A stretch of 64,000 nt of DNA from Pseudomonadales bacterium (GTDB lineage: Bacteria; Pseudomonadota; Gammaproteobacteria; Pseudomonadales; JBFGWM01): assembly GCA_041682035.1 (NCBI GenBank), contig JBFKKR010000001.1, forward strand, positions 2,792-66,791, read 5' to 3'. The position numbers and the translations under genes are program-made. Numbering within the stretch: the stretch's first letter is position 1; each line of letters opens with the position of its first letter. The notes beneath the pieces were generated by a model that had not been told where the DNA came from, ran no database searches, and worked only from the letters and a program-made list of their open reading frames with translations. Shown piece by piece: positions 45,782-55,826 of the stretch.

Positions 45782-47956
45782 TCAGCATGCCCCCGCGGCC
45801 TGGAGTTCCCGCACCAGGAGCATGCGCACGACCTTGTCCTGCATGCTCTGCGGATCACCGATCTGCAGGCGCTCCAGGTAGGGCTTCGCGCCGGCCGGCA
45901 CGTCCTTGAAGAAGAACGCGTCGAGCGCCAGGCGCCACTTCGGCGTGCTGGTGGCGGCCGCCTTGACGCCCTTGAGCGCCTTGCCGAGCAACAACTCGTC
46001 ATCGGTGAAGTCACAGCCCAGCGGGAACGGCGGGAAGTGTCCCTGTTTGCGGTAGGGTTCCAGGATGCGCTCGAGTTTCTCCGGCGTGTTGTTACGGAAG
46101 CGCTCGGGAATCTGGTAGCCCGCCTCCACCTTGCCGGCGGCTTTCGCCTTCGCCAGCAGCCCCTCCTGGAAGCGGGAATCGGTGATGTTGAGCATGGCCT
46201 TGGCGCACTCCGCGTCGGTGCGGCTGCGCAGTTCCGCGACGCCGTACTCGGTGATGATGATGTCGCGCAGGTGGCGCGGCACGGTGCAGTGGCCGTAGTT
46301 GTAGACCACGTTGCTGGATGCGCCGGCGCCCTCCTTGTCGCGCACCGCCCGGCACATGAGGATGGAACGACCATCCTTGAGGTGATGCGCCATGTCGACG
46401 AAGTTGAACTGTCCGCCGACCCCGGAAATGATGCGGTTGTCGGCCAGCGCATCGGATGCGACCGCGCCGAACAGGGACGGCATGATGCCGGTGTTGATGA
46501 AGCGGGCGTCCTTGCGCTGCGCCTTGTAAAGCGGCGGATCGTTGTCGAGCTGGTTGATGTTGTACACGGTGCTCATGCAGATGCGCCGCACCTCTTCTTC
46601 CGGCAGGTCGTTGAGCATGTCGTAGAAGGCCTGCGGACCGAGGAAGAAACCGCCGTGCAGCACGATACCGTTGCGCAGGCGTTCGCCGAGACATTTCTCG
46701 GCCAGCTTCATGCGCGTCTCGGGGATCGCGAGGTTGGCCATGATGCGTTCGCCGTCCGGCGCGATGATGTGCCCCAGTTCGTAGCGGCAGTCGTCGCGGA
46801 ACACGCCGTGATGCTGCAGCACCTCGAACTCGTGCGTGCGGATCACCCGCTCGCCTTCCTTTTCCAGCTGGTCGAACAGGTTGGGACGGAGCGGCTCCTC
46901 GTCCGACACCTCGCCACGATTGAGCAGGCGCTGCAGCTCGGTGAAGTCGTAGACCCGGCGCTTGAGGATCCCCGCATTGAACAGGTGCATGAAGCCGTCC
47001 ACGAACATCTCGGTGGCTCCGTACAGGCCCTTCTCGAAGATGCCGGTACCACCGATCCGGTTGATCAGATCACCGGCGTCCTGCACGATGCCGGCCTGCT
47101 GCAGGATCTCCCGGTAGTGCTCGTTGTGCTCGTTGCGCATCTTCGCTGCGTAGACGATGGCGTCGCCGAGTGCGCCGATGCCGATCTGCAGCGTGCCGCC
47201 GTCGCGGATCATTGCCGAGGCGTTCAGGCCGATCATGTAGTCCGGCGTCGCCACCGACATCTTCGGCGTGGAGAACAGCGTCGTGTTGTATTTCGGGTGG
47301 TCCACCACGATATCGACCATGTCGTCCGGCACGATCGCATCGTTGTACATGAAGGGCAGTTTCTCGTTGACCTGCATGATGACCAGGAACTTCTCGCCGG
47401 TTTCCGCCTCGCGCTCCTTCATGAGCTCGATCAGTTCCGGTCCGGTATCCGGGTTGCAGGACATCGAGTAGACCGTCCTGCCGTCGATCACCTTCTTCGC
47501 ACACGCCTGCATGGCGACGTTGCAGCCCTGCGCGAACACGTCCCGCGCCGCATGCGTGTAATTGGAACTGATGTAGTGCTGCTGGGCGTAGGCGTTGTTC
47601 ATGAACGCGCCCGGCTTGAAGAAAAACTCGCACACCTCGATGTTGTCCGGCAGATTCTGCCTGCGCACCGCCTTCATGTAGTCGAGATCGGGGCAGTCGC
47701 CGAACACGCGCGCCACGAACGGATCGAGAAACGCGCTCTCCAGCTTGCTGCTGCCGGCCGGCTTCTCCAGCGACAGCGCGCTGAGGATCTTCAGCTGGAT
47801 GCTGGAATCCTTGCAAGCCCGCTGGAAGATCGCGTTGATCAGCTGCGGCGGCTTGCCCAGGCCCAGCGGCATGCCGACGACCAGCCGCTTGCCGACGCGC
47901 GCGATGATCTCGTCCACGCACTTTTCCACATCATCGAGAACCAGGGGCTCTGACAT
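45782..47956 (-). CDS. Acetyl-CoA hydrolase/transferase family protein (long form)
   Basis: ATG at 47956, 7 nt after GGAGGA. LVVGMPLGLGKP...GVGGQFNFVDMAH. Confidence 0.86.
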   Translation of the reverse strand: MSEPLVLDDVEKCVDEIIARVGKRLVVGMPLGLGKPPQLINAIFQRACKDSSIQLKILSALSLEKPAGSSKLESAFLDPFVARVFGDCPDLDYMKAVRRQNLPDNIEVCEFFFKPGAFMNNAYAQQHYISSNYTHAARDVFAQGCNVAMQACAKKVIDGRTVYSMSCNPDTGPELIELMKEREAETGEKFLVIMQVNEKLPFMYNDAIVPDDMVDIVVDHPKYNTTLFSTPKMSVATPDYMIGLNASAMIRDGGTLQIGIGALGDAIVYAAKMRNEHNEHYREILQQAGIVQDAGDLINRIGGTGIFEKGLYGATEMFVDGFMHLFNAGILKRRVYDFTELQRLLNRGEVSDEEPLRPNLFDQLEKEGERVIRTHEFEVLQHHGVFRDDCRYELGHIIAPDGERIMANLAIPETRMKLAEKCLGERLRNGIVLHGGFFLGPQAFYDMLNDLPEEEVRRICMSTVYNINQLDNDPPLYKAQRKDARFINTGIMPSLFGAVASDALADNRIISGVGGQFNFVDMAHHLKDGRSILMCRAVRDKEGAGASSNVVYNYGHCTVPRHLRDIIITEYGVAELRSRTDAECAKAMLNITDSRFQEGLLAKAKAAGKVEAGYQIPERFRNNTPEKLERILEPYRKQGHFPPFPLGCDFTDDELLLGKALKGVKAAATSTPKWRLALDAFFFKDVPAGAKPYLERLQIGDPQSMQDKVVRMLLVRELQAAGAC

Positions 47957-48047
47957 CCCGCATTCCTCCAAAGCTGCTGTTGGGGCCTGGCTTGAGCGCC
48001 AAAAGTGAGAAAAGTGTAGTCGAGGCGGCCCGGGCGGGCTGCCGGCG

Positions 48048-48542
48048 TCAGACCGCCTGGCCGGCGGTGTCGGTGGGCACCTCCTTGCGTGGGAGCAGCA
48101 GGAAGTGGGCGCGCGCCACCGCGACCGGGATGTCCCGGTCGTTCTGCCAGCAGGAGATCTGCACCTGGGCCACCCGCCGGCCCTGGCGGAGCACCTCGCA
48201 GCTCGCGAACAGGTCCTGGGTCTTGGCGGTGCGCAGGTAGTCGATGGAGAAATCCACCGGCTTGGGCACCCGGCCGCGATCCTCCAGGATCAGCAGCTGG
48301 ATGACCGCGGCATTCTCCATGAAACCCGCCACCACCCCGCCATGGAGCGCCTGGATGGCGGAGTTCCCGATCAGCCGCTCCTGGTAGGGGAGCGAGAACA
48401 GCAGTTCCTCGCCCTCGAAACGGGCCTGCAGGCCGAGGTAGCTGGAAAAGGGCACCAGTTCGATGAGGCGGTCGACATCCCGCGCATGCGCCGCCTGCCG
48501 GAACAGTTCCCGGGCCTCCTCTTGCTCCTGCGTATGTTTCAT
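48048..48542 (-). CDS. PaaI-family hotdog thioesterase
   Basis: ATGA overlap with the upstream paralogue. ALHGGVVAGFMENAA. Confidence 0.84.
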   Translation of the reverse strand: MKHTQEQEEARELFRQAAHARDVDRLIELVPFSSYLGLQARFEGEELLFSLPYQERLIGNSAIQALHGGVVAGFMENAAVIQLLILEDRGRVPKPVDFSIDYLRTAKTQDLFASCEVLRQGRRVAQVQISCWQNDRDIPVAVARAHFLLLPRKEVPTDTAGQAV

Positions 48543-49024
48543 GCCTTGCCGACCTGGTCGAGGTTCCGGGTGCGCGCGCGCGCCGTGCCCAGCATGAAGG
48601 CGGCCTGCGCGGTCGAGACCGGCCGCTCGCGGCGCTCCTGCCAGATCGTCCCGCGCACGAAGGCGATCTGCCCGGTCAGGCGATAGCACTCGGCGCAGCC
48701 CAGCAGGTCCAGGCCGGCGACCGCCGGGCGCAGGTAGTCCATGCGCAGGTCGAGCGTGGCAATGGTCTGGATCTTGCCGAGCGCACTGAACACGGCGATG
48801 CCACAGGCGGCGTCGATCAGCGTGATCTGGACACCGGTGTGGATCAGGCCGTTCTCGGGGTCGCCCACCAGGCAGTCGCGGAACGGCTGGCGCAGGATGG
48901 CGACGCCGTTGCGCACCTCCTCGATGCGGTGGCCCATGTCCCGGCTGTGGGGCACGTGTTCGATCAGCTGCTCCGAGAAGCGCTGGTTCCGCTCAGTAGC
49001 CGTCTCCTGATCTTGATCTGACAA
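48539..49024 (-). CDS. PaaI-family hotdog thioesterase (paralogue)
   Basis: LIHTGVQITLIDAACG...TLDLRMDYLRP. Confidence 0.84.
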   Translation of the reverse strand: MSDQDQETATERNQRFSEQLIEHVPHSRDMGHRIEEVRNGVAILRQPFRDCLVGDPENGLIHTGVQITLIDAACGIAVFSALGKIQTIATLDLRMDYLRPAVAGLDLLGCAECYRLTGQIAFVRGTIWQERRERPVSTAQAAFMLGTARARTRNLDQVGKA

Positions 49025-49192
49025 GGCGTGCTCCGCTGCCAGGACTCCAGTTGCGCGGACAGCACCGGCGCGCGCGACGCCCGGTCACCATCCTTACCGC
49101 GTACCCTGCTGCGTTCTCCGGCATTTGTCCATACCCCGGGTGGATGCTGGCGGGGTCCGGAATAAAAGCTTACGATTATATTTTCCAGCCAC

Positions 49193-50929
49193 ATGAAGAG
49201 TTCGATGCACGCGCCCGCGCTCCCGGTTCCGAATCGCCATCCCCGTCTGCTTCTCGTCTGTCTCCTCCTGCAGTGTTCGGCCACCCTGGCAAACCCCGGC
49301 ACCGTGCCCCTGCACGGGGTCCGCAGCGACCACCAGCCGCTGGCCTGGATGAGCGCCGAGGAGGCGCGCGCCTTCCCCCGCTACGACTCGCTGGAACCCG
49401 CGGTGCGGTTCTGGATTCGCGTGTTTGCCGAGTTCTCGGAAGACCAATCCGTCATCCACTGGGCCGAGCGGCCGGAGGTCATCCTCGAGGTGCTGGACTT
49501 CTCCCGGGACGTCAACCGCATGAGCAGCCAGGCTTTCTACCGGCACCGCGGCCGCGAGGAGCAGGAGGCGCGCGACCGCAACGAACGCCTGCTGCGCGAG
49601 ATCCACGCCGCGCGCCACAAGCCGGATTCGCTGTCACCGCATGCCCGCCAGGTCTACGACCGGTTCAGCCACATCAGCGACGACCGGAAATTCCTCGCCG
49701 CTGCGGACAAGCTCCGTTCCCAGCGCGGCCTGCGCGAGCGCACCCAGCAGGCGCTGGAGATCGCCGGCCACTACCTGCCCGAAATGGAAAGGATCTTCGA
49801 CGGTTACGGCCTGCCGCGCCTTCTCACGCGCCTGCCGATCCTCGAGTCCAGCTTCAACGTGAACGCCTACTCGAAGGTCGGTGCGGCCGGGCTCTGGCAG
49901 TTCATTCCCTCCTCGGCGCGCATCTACATGCGCTACGACGAGATCGCCGACCAGCGCCGCGACCCCTGGACCAGCACCGATGCCGCCGCCCGCCACCTGG
50001 TCGACGACATGAAACTGCTGAAGAGCTGGCCGCTGGCGCTGACTGCCTACAACCACGGCCGCGCCGGTATCGCGCGCGGCCTGCGGGAGACCGGCGGCCG
50101 CACCATCGAGGACCTGGTGTGGAATTACAGAACGAACCGGTTCGGATTCGCCTCGCGCAACTTCTACGCCGAGTTCCTGGCCGTGATCGAGATCGACCAT
50201 CACCGCGACCTCTACTTCGGGAAGGTGAAACCGCGCAAGCCGATCACCTTCGCGACGGTGAAGACGAACCACTACATGGAATACTCGACCCTGCGCCGGC
50301 TCTCCGGCGCCGGCGAGACGACCTTCCGGAAGCTGAACCCGGCGTTCTCCCGGGAAGTGCAACAGGACAAGATCCTGGTGCCACCGCAGTACGTGATCCG
50401 CGTACCCGCCGGCAAGGCCGCCCACTTCAACGCCGGCTACGCCCAGCTGGCCGCGGCCGAGAAGTTCGACCGCCAGCGTGACTATTTCATCGCCCACCGC
50501 GTGCGCAGCGGAGAAACCATCGGCCGGATCGCCCAGCACTACCGGGTTTCGGAGCGGGCCATCGTCGATGCCAACGGCCTGCGCGACAAGCACCGCATCC
50601 GCATCGGCCAGTCCCTGAAGATTCCCCCGCGCGGCGGTTCCTCCGCCACCACCATGGCGCGGGTGGAGACGGTCCTGCCGGCGCCCGCCGCGAAGACAGC
50701 GGCGCCCGCGGCGGCGGCCTACCGGCTGCACCGCGTACAGGCCGGGCAGACCCTGTGGAACCTGGCGCGGCGCTATGGCACCACGGTGAACGAACTGCGG
50801 CGGCTCAACAACCTGAACAGTTCCGCCGTACTGCCGGTCGGCATGCGGCTGAAGGTGCCCGGTGCAACGACCGAGGTCGCCACCCAGGACTGCAAGGCCG
50901 ACCCGGCCCCGGCAGTCACCTGCGGCTGA
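49193..50929 (+). CDS. Lytic transglycosylase (MltD-like) with two LysM domains
   Basis: SLT core LPILESSFNVNAYSKVGAAGLWQFI...AYNHG. LysM: HRVRSGETIGRIAQHY and HRVQAGQTLWNLARRY. Confidence 0.87.
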   Translation: MKSSMHAPALPVPNRHPRLLLVCLLLQCSATLANPGTVPLHGVRSDHQPLAWMSAEEARAFPRYDSLEPAVRFWIRVFAEFSEDQSVIHWAERPEVILEVLDFSRDVNRMSSQAFYRHRGREEQEARDRNERLLREIHAARHKPDSLSPHARQVYDRFSHISDDRKFLAAADKLRSQRGLRERTQQALEIAGHYLPEMERIFDGYGLPRLLTRLPILESSFNVNAYSKVGAAGLWQFIPSSARIYMRYDEIADQRRDPWTSTDAAARHLVDDMKLLKSWPLALTAYNHGRAGIARGLRETGGRTIEDLVWNYRTNRFGFASRNFYAEFLAVIEIDHHRDLYFGKVKPRKPITFATVKTNHYMEYSTLRRLSGAGETTFRKLNPAFSREVQQDKILVPPQYVIRVPAGKAAHFNAGYAQLAAAEKFDRQRDYFIAHRVRSGETIGRIAQHYRVSERAIVDANGLRDKHRIRIGQSLKIPPRGGSSATTMARVETVLPAPAAKTAAPAAAAYRLHRVQAGQTLWNLARRYGTTVNELRRLNNLNSSAVLPVGMRLKVPGATTEVATQDCKADPAPAVTCG

Positions 50930-51006
50930 GCCGCACCGTAACGGGGTGCGTGCGCCCCGCCGCCAGCCCTGCAGGGCTGGTCGGTCACTGAATCCGGGAG
51001 GACCAC

Positions 51007-51582
51007 ATGGGGGCCATGCTGCTGATTGCCGGACTGCTGCTCTGGAGCGGCGCGCACCTGGGCGCGGCGGCCCGCGCGCCGCTGCGCGGCCGGCTCATCG
51101 ACCGGATCGGCATCGGGCCGTACAAGGGAATCTTCTCCCTGGTCATCCTGCTGTCGATCGGGCTCATGGTCAGCGGCTGGCAGTCCATGTCGCCCGCGCC
51201 GCTGTACCAGCCGCCCCACTTCCTGCGTCACGTGACCATGTTGCTGATGGTGTTCGCGGTCATCCTGTTCATCGGCGCCCGCTTCCCGTCCAATATCCGC
51301 CACTGGCTGCGGCACCCTCAACTGACCGGCGTCAAGACCTGGGCGCTGGCCCACCTGCTGTCGAACGGGGAACCTCGTTCGCTGCTGCTGTTCGGCGGTT
51401 TGCTGGCCTGGGCGGTGCTGTCCGTGATCGTCATCAATCGCCGCGAGGGGGCGTGGAAGCGCCCGGCGCCGGCGGGGTTCGGGGCCACCGCATTACACGT
51501 CGGCGTGGGCATCGCACTGACCGCCGCACTGGTCTTCGCACACCCCTGGATTGCCGGGGTGCCGCTGGTCTCCTCCCGCTGA
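51007..51582 (+). CDS. NnrU-family membrane protein
   Basis: Five to six TM helices. LLIAGLLLWSGAHL...PYKGIFSL...THPQLTG-like RHPQLTGVKTWALAHLLSNG. Confidence 0.78.
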   Translation: MGAMLLIAGLLLWSGAHLGAAARAPLRGRLIDRIGIGPYKGIFSLVILLSIGLMVSGWQSMSPAPLYQPPHFLRHVTMLLMVFAVILFIGARFPSNIRHWLRHPQLTGVKTWALAHLLSNGEPRSLLLFGGLLAWAVLSVIVINRREGAWKRPAPAGFGATALHVGVGIALTAALVFAHPWIAGVPLVSSR

Positions 51583-51585
51583 GCC

Positions 51586-52587
51586 TCAGCCGCCGAGAAT
51601 CTGCGCCACGGCGGGCGAGCGGTAGAACCCTTCCAGCCCCTCGCGCACCATCTCCTCCAGCAGTCCGCGCTCGCGCAACATCCCGATGACGGGCGGCGCG
51701 AATTGCATGGCCTCGGCCAGCATCATGTCCGGGGTGACGCCGATCTCGGCAAGCAGGTCGCGCAGGCTGGTCTCGCCGTACTTGGCGAAGAAGGTGTCGA
51801 TCCCGACGTCGATCATGTTGCGGAACAGGCGCGTGCCGCGCAGGTGCTGGAAGTACTCGTAGCCGATCACGAAGAATTCCTCGACGTCGCGCGTCCCCAG
51901 GTAACTGCGGAAATCCGCCACCGCCCGCTGCTTGTTGTCGTCCCAGAGATCCAGCAGCACCTCGCGAAAATGTTCCGACTCGACCGCCGCCAGGAACTGC
52001 TCCTGGCTGGCCTTCAGGCGCGCCTGTGTGCCCTTCTGGATGAAACTGCGCAGCATCTCCTCGAGTTCCTCGCCCAGTTCCGGCCGTGCCCGGCGCGACA
52101 GCGCCCGGCCCATGCGCGCGGCGGACTTCGAACCGGGGAAGCGCAGGCGCGCGACGAAATCGCGGATGCCCGCGTAGAGCAGACCCGAAATCACTTCCGA
52201 GTAGATGGGGTTGGACACCGACTCGATCACCAGCGCGCGGTAGATCTTGTCCAGTTCCAGCGTCTTGTCGAGGAACTCCTCCAGGTGCGCGTCCGGCACC
52301 AGTTCGTTGAGCGTCGTCCGGTCCAGTGCCTTGTGGCGGTAGATGCGCCGGGCCACGTCGCCGACGAGTTCCGGGACGGCGCCGCCCAGCTGCATGTCGA
52401 TGGCGTAACGATGCGCGGTCTGCTTGATCTGGGCCGGGGTCACGGCCTCGTTCAGGGTGATGTCGGCGGCGCGCTCGAGAAATCGCGCGATGCCGGCGGT
52501 GAAGCGGGGCTGCAGCCGTTCGGACTGCAATTCCGCGAGCACGTAGTCCACGTGCGCCTGCAGCAATGCTTCTGCGGTCGGGTGCAT
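51586..52587 (-). CDS. Hypothetical cytoplasmic protein
   Basis: ATG at 52587, 7 nt after GGAGG. 333 aa, helical-looking, with codon usage that looks coding. I recognise no motif. Confidence 0.68.
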   Translation of the reverse strand: MHPTAEALLQAHVDYVLAELQSERLQPRFTAGIARFLERAADITLNEAVTPAQIKQTAHRYAIDMQLGGAVPELVGDVARRIYRHKALDRTTLNELVPDAHLEEFLDKTLELDKIYRALVIESVSNPIYSEVISGLLYAGIRDFVARLRFPGSKSAARMGRALSRRARPELGEELEEMLRSFIQKGTQARLKASQEQFLAAVESEHFREVLLDLWDDNKQRAVADFRSYLGTRDVEEFFVIGYEYFQHLRGTRLFRNMIDVGIDTFFAKYGETSLRDLLAEIGVTPDMMLAEAMQFAPPVIGMLRERGLLEEMVREGLEGFYRSPAVAQILGG

Positions 52588-52688
52588 GCGAAACCTCCAG
52601 CCGGTCTTGGGGTCGGCAAGTAACACCTCGCCCGCCCATTTCGCCCGGTCAGCGTACCAGACTTCCCTCCGTACTCCAGAAACGCGGT

Positions 52689-52718
52689 GGCGCGGGGTGC
52701 CTGGCTGCACCCCGCGCC
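52689..52718 (-). terminator. 12-bp GC hairpin downstream of the desaturase gene
   Basis: GGCGCGGGGTGC-ctggc-(t)GCACCCCGCGCC. It is followed by a short T-containing tract on either strand (weak U-tract). Confidence 0.45.
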
Positions 52719-52735
52719 CGTTTCGATCCGGCCGG

Positions 52736-53821
52736 TCAGGCCGCGGTCAGCGCCGGCGTGCCACTGCCCGGCAACGACAGGCGGAAGATGCGCCGCACCA
52801 CGGTGCCGAACTGCCGCGTCAGCGGACCCTTGTTGTAGGGCAGGCCGTAACGCAGGCAGATTTCCTGCACCTCCTCGGAGATCTCGGCGTACCGGTGTGC
52901 CGGCAGCGCCGGGAACAGGTGGTGCTCGATCTGGTGGCTGAGGTTGCCGCTCATCACGTGAAACAGCTTCCCGCCGGTCAGGTTGGCCGAACCGAGCAAC
53001 TGGCGGTAGTACCAGTGGCCACGCGTCTCGTTCTCCAGCACCGACTTGTGGAACTGCTGCACGCCATCCGGGAAGTGGCCACAGAAGATGATGGTGTAGG
53101 ACCACAGGTTCCGCACGAGGTTGGCGACCAGGTTGCCGGTGAAGACGTAGAGGAAGAACGGGCCGGCCAGCAGCGGGAACAGCACGTAATCCTTCAGCGT
53201 CTGGCCGCGCGTCTTGCGCCAGATGCCCTTCGCGATGTGCCTGACATCCTTCCAGGTGCGCTCGCCGCTCGCAAGCCGCTCGGTTTCCAGGTCGTGCAGG
53301 GCCACGCCGTACTGGAAGAAAACCGCCAGCAGGAAGGCGTACACCGGGTTGCCGAGATAGTACGGCCGCCATGGCTCCTCGTCCGACATGCGCAGTACGC
53401 CGTAGCCGATGTCACGATCCACGTCCTGCACGTTGGTATAGGTGTGGTGCATGTAGTTGTGCGAGTGCTTCCACTGGTCCCCCGGGCAGGCGGTGTCCCA
53501 GTCGAAGTTTTTCGAGCTGAGCGCCGGGTCCTGCGCGAAGTCGTACTGGCCATGCATGATGTTGTGGCCGATCTCCATGTTGTCGAGGATCTTCGAAGCG
53601 GAGAGCGCCGTCACACCGGCCACCCAGGCCGGCGGGAAGAAGCCGAGCATGAGCAGGCCGCGCCCGGTGACTTCCAGCGCGCGCTGCGCCCGGATCACCT
53701 TGCGGATGTACTGCACGTCACGGTCGCCGAGGTCGGCCATGACGCGAACACGGATGGCGTCCATTTCCTTCCCGAAGGATTCCAGCTGCTCTTCGTTGAG
53801 CACAGGTACTGCGTTAGACAT
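52736..53821 (-). CDS. desB: Membrane fatty-acid (acyl-CoA) desaturase, DesB-like
   Basis: Three His boxes: HNIMHG, HNYMHH, HQIEHH. It follows a reductase gene and faces a divergent TetR gene, as in the P. aeruginosa desT/desCB locus. Confidence 0.85.
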   Translation of the reverse strand: MSNAVPVLNEEQLESFGKEMDAIRVRVMADLGDRDVQYIRKVIRAQRALEVTGRGLLMLGFFPPAWVAGVTALSASKILDNMEIGHNIMHGQYDFAQDPALSSKNFDWDTACPGDQWKHSHNYMHHTYTNVQDVDRDIGYGVLRMSDEEPWRPYYLGNPVYAFLLAVFFQYGVALHDLETERLASGERTWKDVRHIAKGIWRKTRGQTLKDYVLFPLLAGPFFLYVFTGNLVANLVRNLWSYTIIFCGHFPDGVQQFHKSVLENETRGHWYYRQLLGSANLTGGKLFHVMSGNLSHQIEHHLFPALPAHRYAEISEEVQEICLRYGLPYNKGPLTRQFGTVVRRIFRLSLPGSGTPALTAA

Positions 53822-53850
53822 GGTTGGTTACTCCTGGTTTACCTTGTGAA

Positions 53851-55011
53851 TCAAATGTCGAGCGTGACGGTGCCGACGGGCACGCTCACGCAGATGCGAA
53901 TGTCTTCGTTGGCCTCGGTGGAGATCTCACCGGTCTGCAGGTTACGCACGGCGCCGGATACCTTCCGACAGGTGCAGGTGCTGCAGATGCCCATCCGGCA
54001 ACCGGACTGGGGCTGCAGGCCGGCGGCTTCCGCCTGTTCCAGGATGTTGCGGCCATCGTTCGGGACGAAGCGTTCGCTGCGCGCGAACTGCACGTCGCCC
54101 TCGACCGTGTCACCGGCCGGAACCGGGTGGCTCTGCGCGGTGAAGAACTCCTTGTGGAGGCGCTCCGGGATACCGGCCTCGCACCACACCTGGACCACCT
54201 TCTCCATCAGCCCGGGCGGACCACAGAGGAAGGTCTCGGCCGCGGCGAAGTCGGGGATCAGGCTGTGCAGCTGGTCGGCGCTGAAGAAACCGAAGGCCTC
54301 GCCGACGCCCGCCTGCTCCGTGTAGACGCGGATCAGGTCGATGTTGTCGTGCGCATCGGCAATCTGCTTCAGCTCCTCGTTGTAGATGACGTCCTGGTCG
54401 CTCAGCGCGTAATGGAGGAACGTGATCTGTCCCTGGTGCCCTTCATCGACCAGCGTGCGCAGCATGGACATCACCGGGGTGATGCCGCTGCCACCGCTGA
54501 CCAGCAGAACCCGCCCGGGGCGTCGCGACGGCATCCAGAACTCACCCTGTGCCTGCGACAGGCCGACGGTCATGCCCGGACGCGCCTTGGCGAACAGGTG
54601 ACGGGAGACGTAGCCCCACGCATGGGCCTTGACCGTCAGTTCGATCTGCCCGTCGGCACGATGCACCGAGTTGGCAGGCGAGTAGCAGCGCGTGCGCCGC
54701 ACTCCGTCGATCTCGACGGTGAGCTGTACGAACTGGCCGGGACGAAAACCCTGCCAGTGATGGTTGGGACGGATCGTCATGGTGACGGTGTCGGCGGTCT
54801 CGTGGCGGACGTCGGTGATCGTGCCGCGCAGGTCGCTGACGGACCAGCTCGGGTCCACCAGCTCCAGGTAGCGGTCGATGCTGTGCGGGAAGGCCAGCGC
54901 CGCCAGCAGGCGGGAGGCCATGACCGGCTGCAGCGCCTGCTGGGCGCGGACCCGGCGGTGGTTAATGCGGTTGCTTGCGTGTGCCATTTCAAAGCTCCAT
55001 GTAGTGAACAA
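53851..55011 (-). CDS. desC: Ferredoxin-NAD(P) reductase with C-terminal 2Fe-2S domain, DesC-like
   Basis: RCYSPANS FAD motif, LLVSGGSGITP NAD motif, and C-terminal CRMGICSTCTC...C cluster. Confidence 0.85.
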   Translation of the reverse strand: MFTTWSFEMAHASNRINHRRVRAQQALQPVMASRLLAALAFPHSIDRYLELVDPSWSVSDLRGTITDVRHETADTVTMTIRPNHHWQGFRPGQFVQLTVEIDGVRRTRCYSPANSVHRADGQIELTVKAHAWGYVSRHLFAKARPGMTVGLSQAQGEFWMPSRRPGRVLLVSGGSGITPVMSMLRTLVDEGHQGQITFLHYALSDQDVIYNEELKQIADAHDNIDLIRVYTEQAGVGEAFGFFSADQLHSLIPDFAAAETFLCGPPGLMEKVVQVWCEAGIPERLHKEFFTAQSHPVPAGDTVEGDVQFARSERFVPNDGRNILEQAEAAGLQPQSGCRMGICSTCTCRKVSGAVRNLQTGEISTEANEDIRICVSVPVGTVTLDI

Positions 55012-55145
55012 CTGTGCACACTATGGAGTCGAATCAATTTTATGTCAACACATGTACACTAAATAATTTATAAACTATATATATCAAGCATTTATGCAAT
55101 GTTTATGTGTGTACAATAAGTAATTCATTGCGCATGCGTGGCAGC
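55012..55145. promoter_or_regulatory. AT-rich divergent control region with repeated TGT(G)NACA(CT) half-sites (putative DesT operators)
   Basis: This is the only strongly AT-rich stretch of its size in the window. It contains AGTGAACAACTGTGCACACT (55002-55021), TGTCAACACATGTACACT and ATGTGTGTACAAT. Confidence 0.5.
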
Positions 55146-55826
55146 ATGAATACACTTGTGAACATCATGACCAAGACTGCCAGGAACCCGGATCGGCGGG
55201 TACGACGGGTTTCGCGCCGGGGCGACACCCGCCAGGACCTGTTGTCGGGCGCCCTGAAGCTGCTGGACGAGGACAAGAGCCTGGACAGCCTCTCCCTGCG
55301 CGAACTGACCCGCCATGTCGGGATCGTGCCCACCGCCTTCTACCGCCACTTCCCGGGCATGGACGAACTGGGGCTGGCGCTGGTGGAGGAGTCGTTCCGG
55401 GTCATGCGCAAGATCTTCGCCGACGTGCGCAACGACACCGGCTCCACCGACCGGATCATCGCCGGGGTGGTGAAGTCACTGGTGACGCACGCACGCAAGA
55501 ACCGGCTGCACTTCCGCTTCGTGGCCTCGGAGCGTTACGGTGGCAATCCCGGCGTACGCGAGGCGATCCGCAACGGCATGCGCCTGCTGCAGGGCGAACT
55601 GGCGCTGGAACTGGCGCGGTTCCCCTACCTCAAGGAATGGACCGCCAACGACCTGCAGATGCTCGCCGCCCTGCTGGTGAACAGCATGACCATGATTGCC
55701 GAGGAAATCCTTGAGCAGCGCGGACTGGACAAGTACGCCGAAAGGGAACTGATGGAGGTTGCGGAGAAACAGCTACGGCTGATCGTGCTGGGCATCCCTC
55801 ACTGGCGCAGCGGCGCGACGGGCTGA
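55146..55826 (+). CDS. desT: TetR-family regulator, DesT-like (start uncertain)
   Basis: HTH SLRELTRHVGIVPTAFYRHFPGMDELG. It is divergent from the desaturase operon. Confidence 0.83.
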   Translation: MNTLVNIMTKTARNPDRRVRRVSRRGDTRQDLLSGALKLLDEDKSLDSLSLRELTRHVGIVPTAFYRHFPGMDELGLALVEESFRVMRKIFADVRNDTGSTDRIIAGVVKSLVTHARKNRLHFRFVASERYGGNPGVREAIRNGMRLLQGELALELARFPYLKEWTANDLQMLAALLVNSMTMIAEEILEQRGLDKYAERELMEVAEKQLRLIVLGIPHWRSGATG

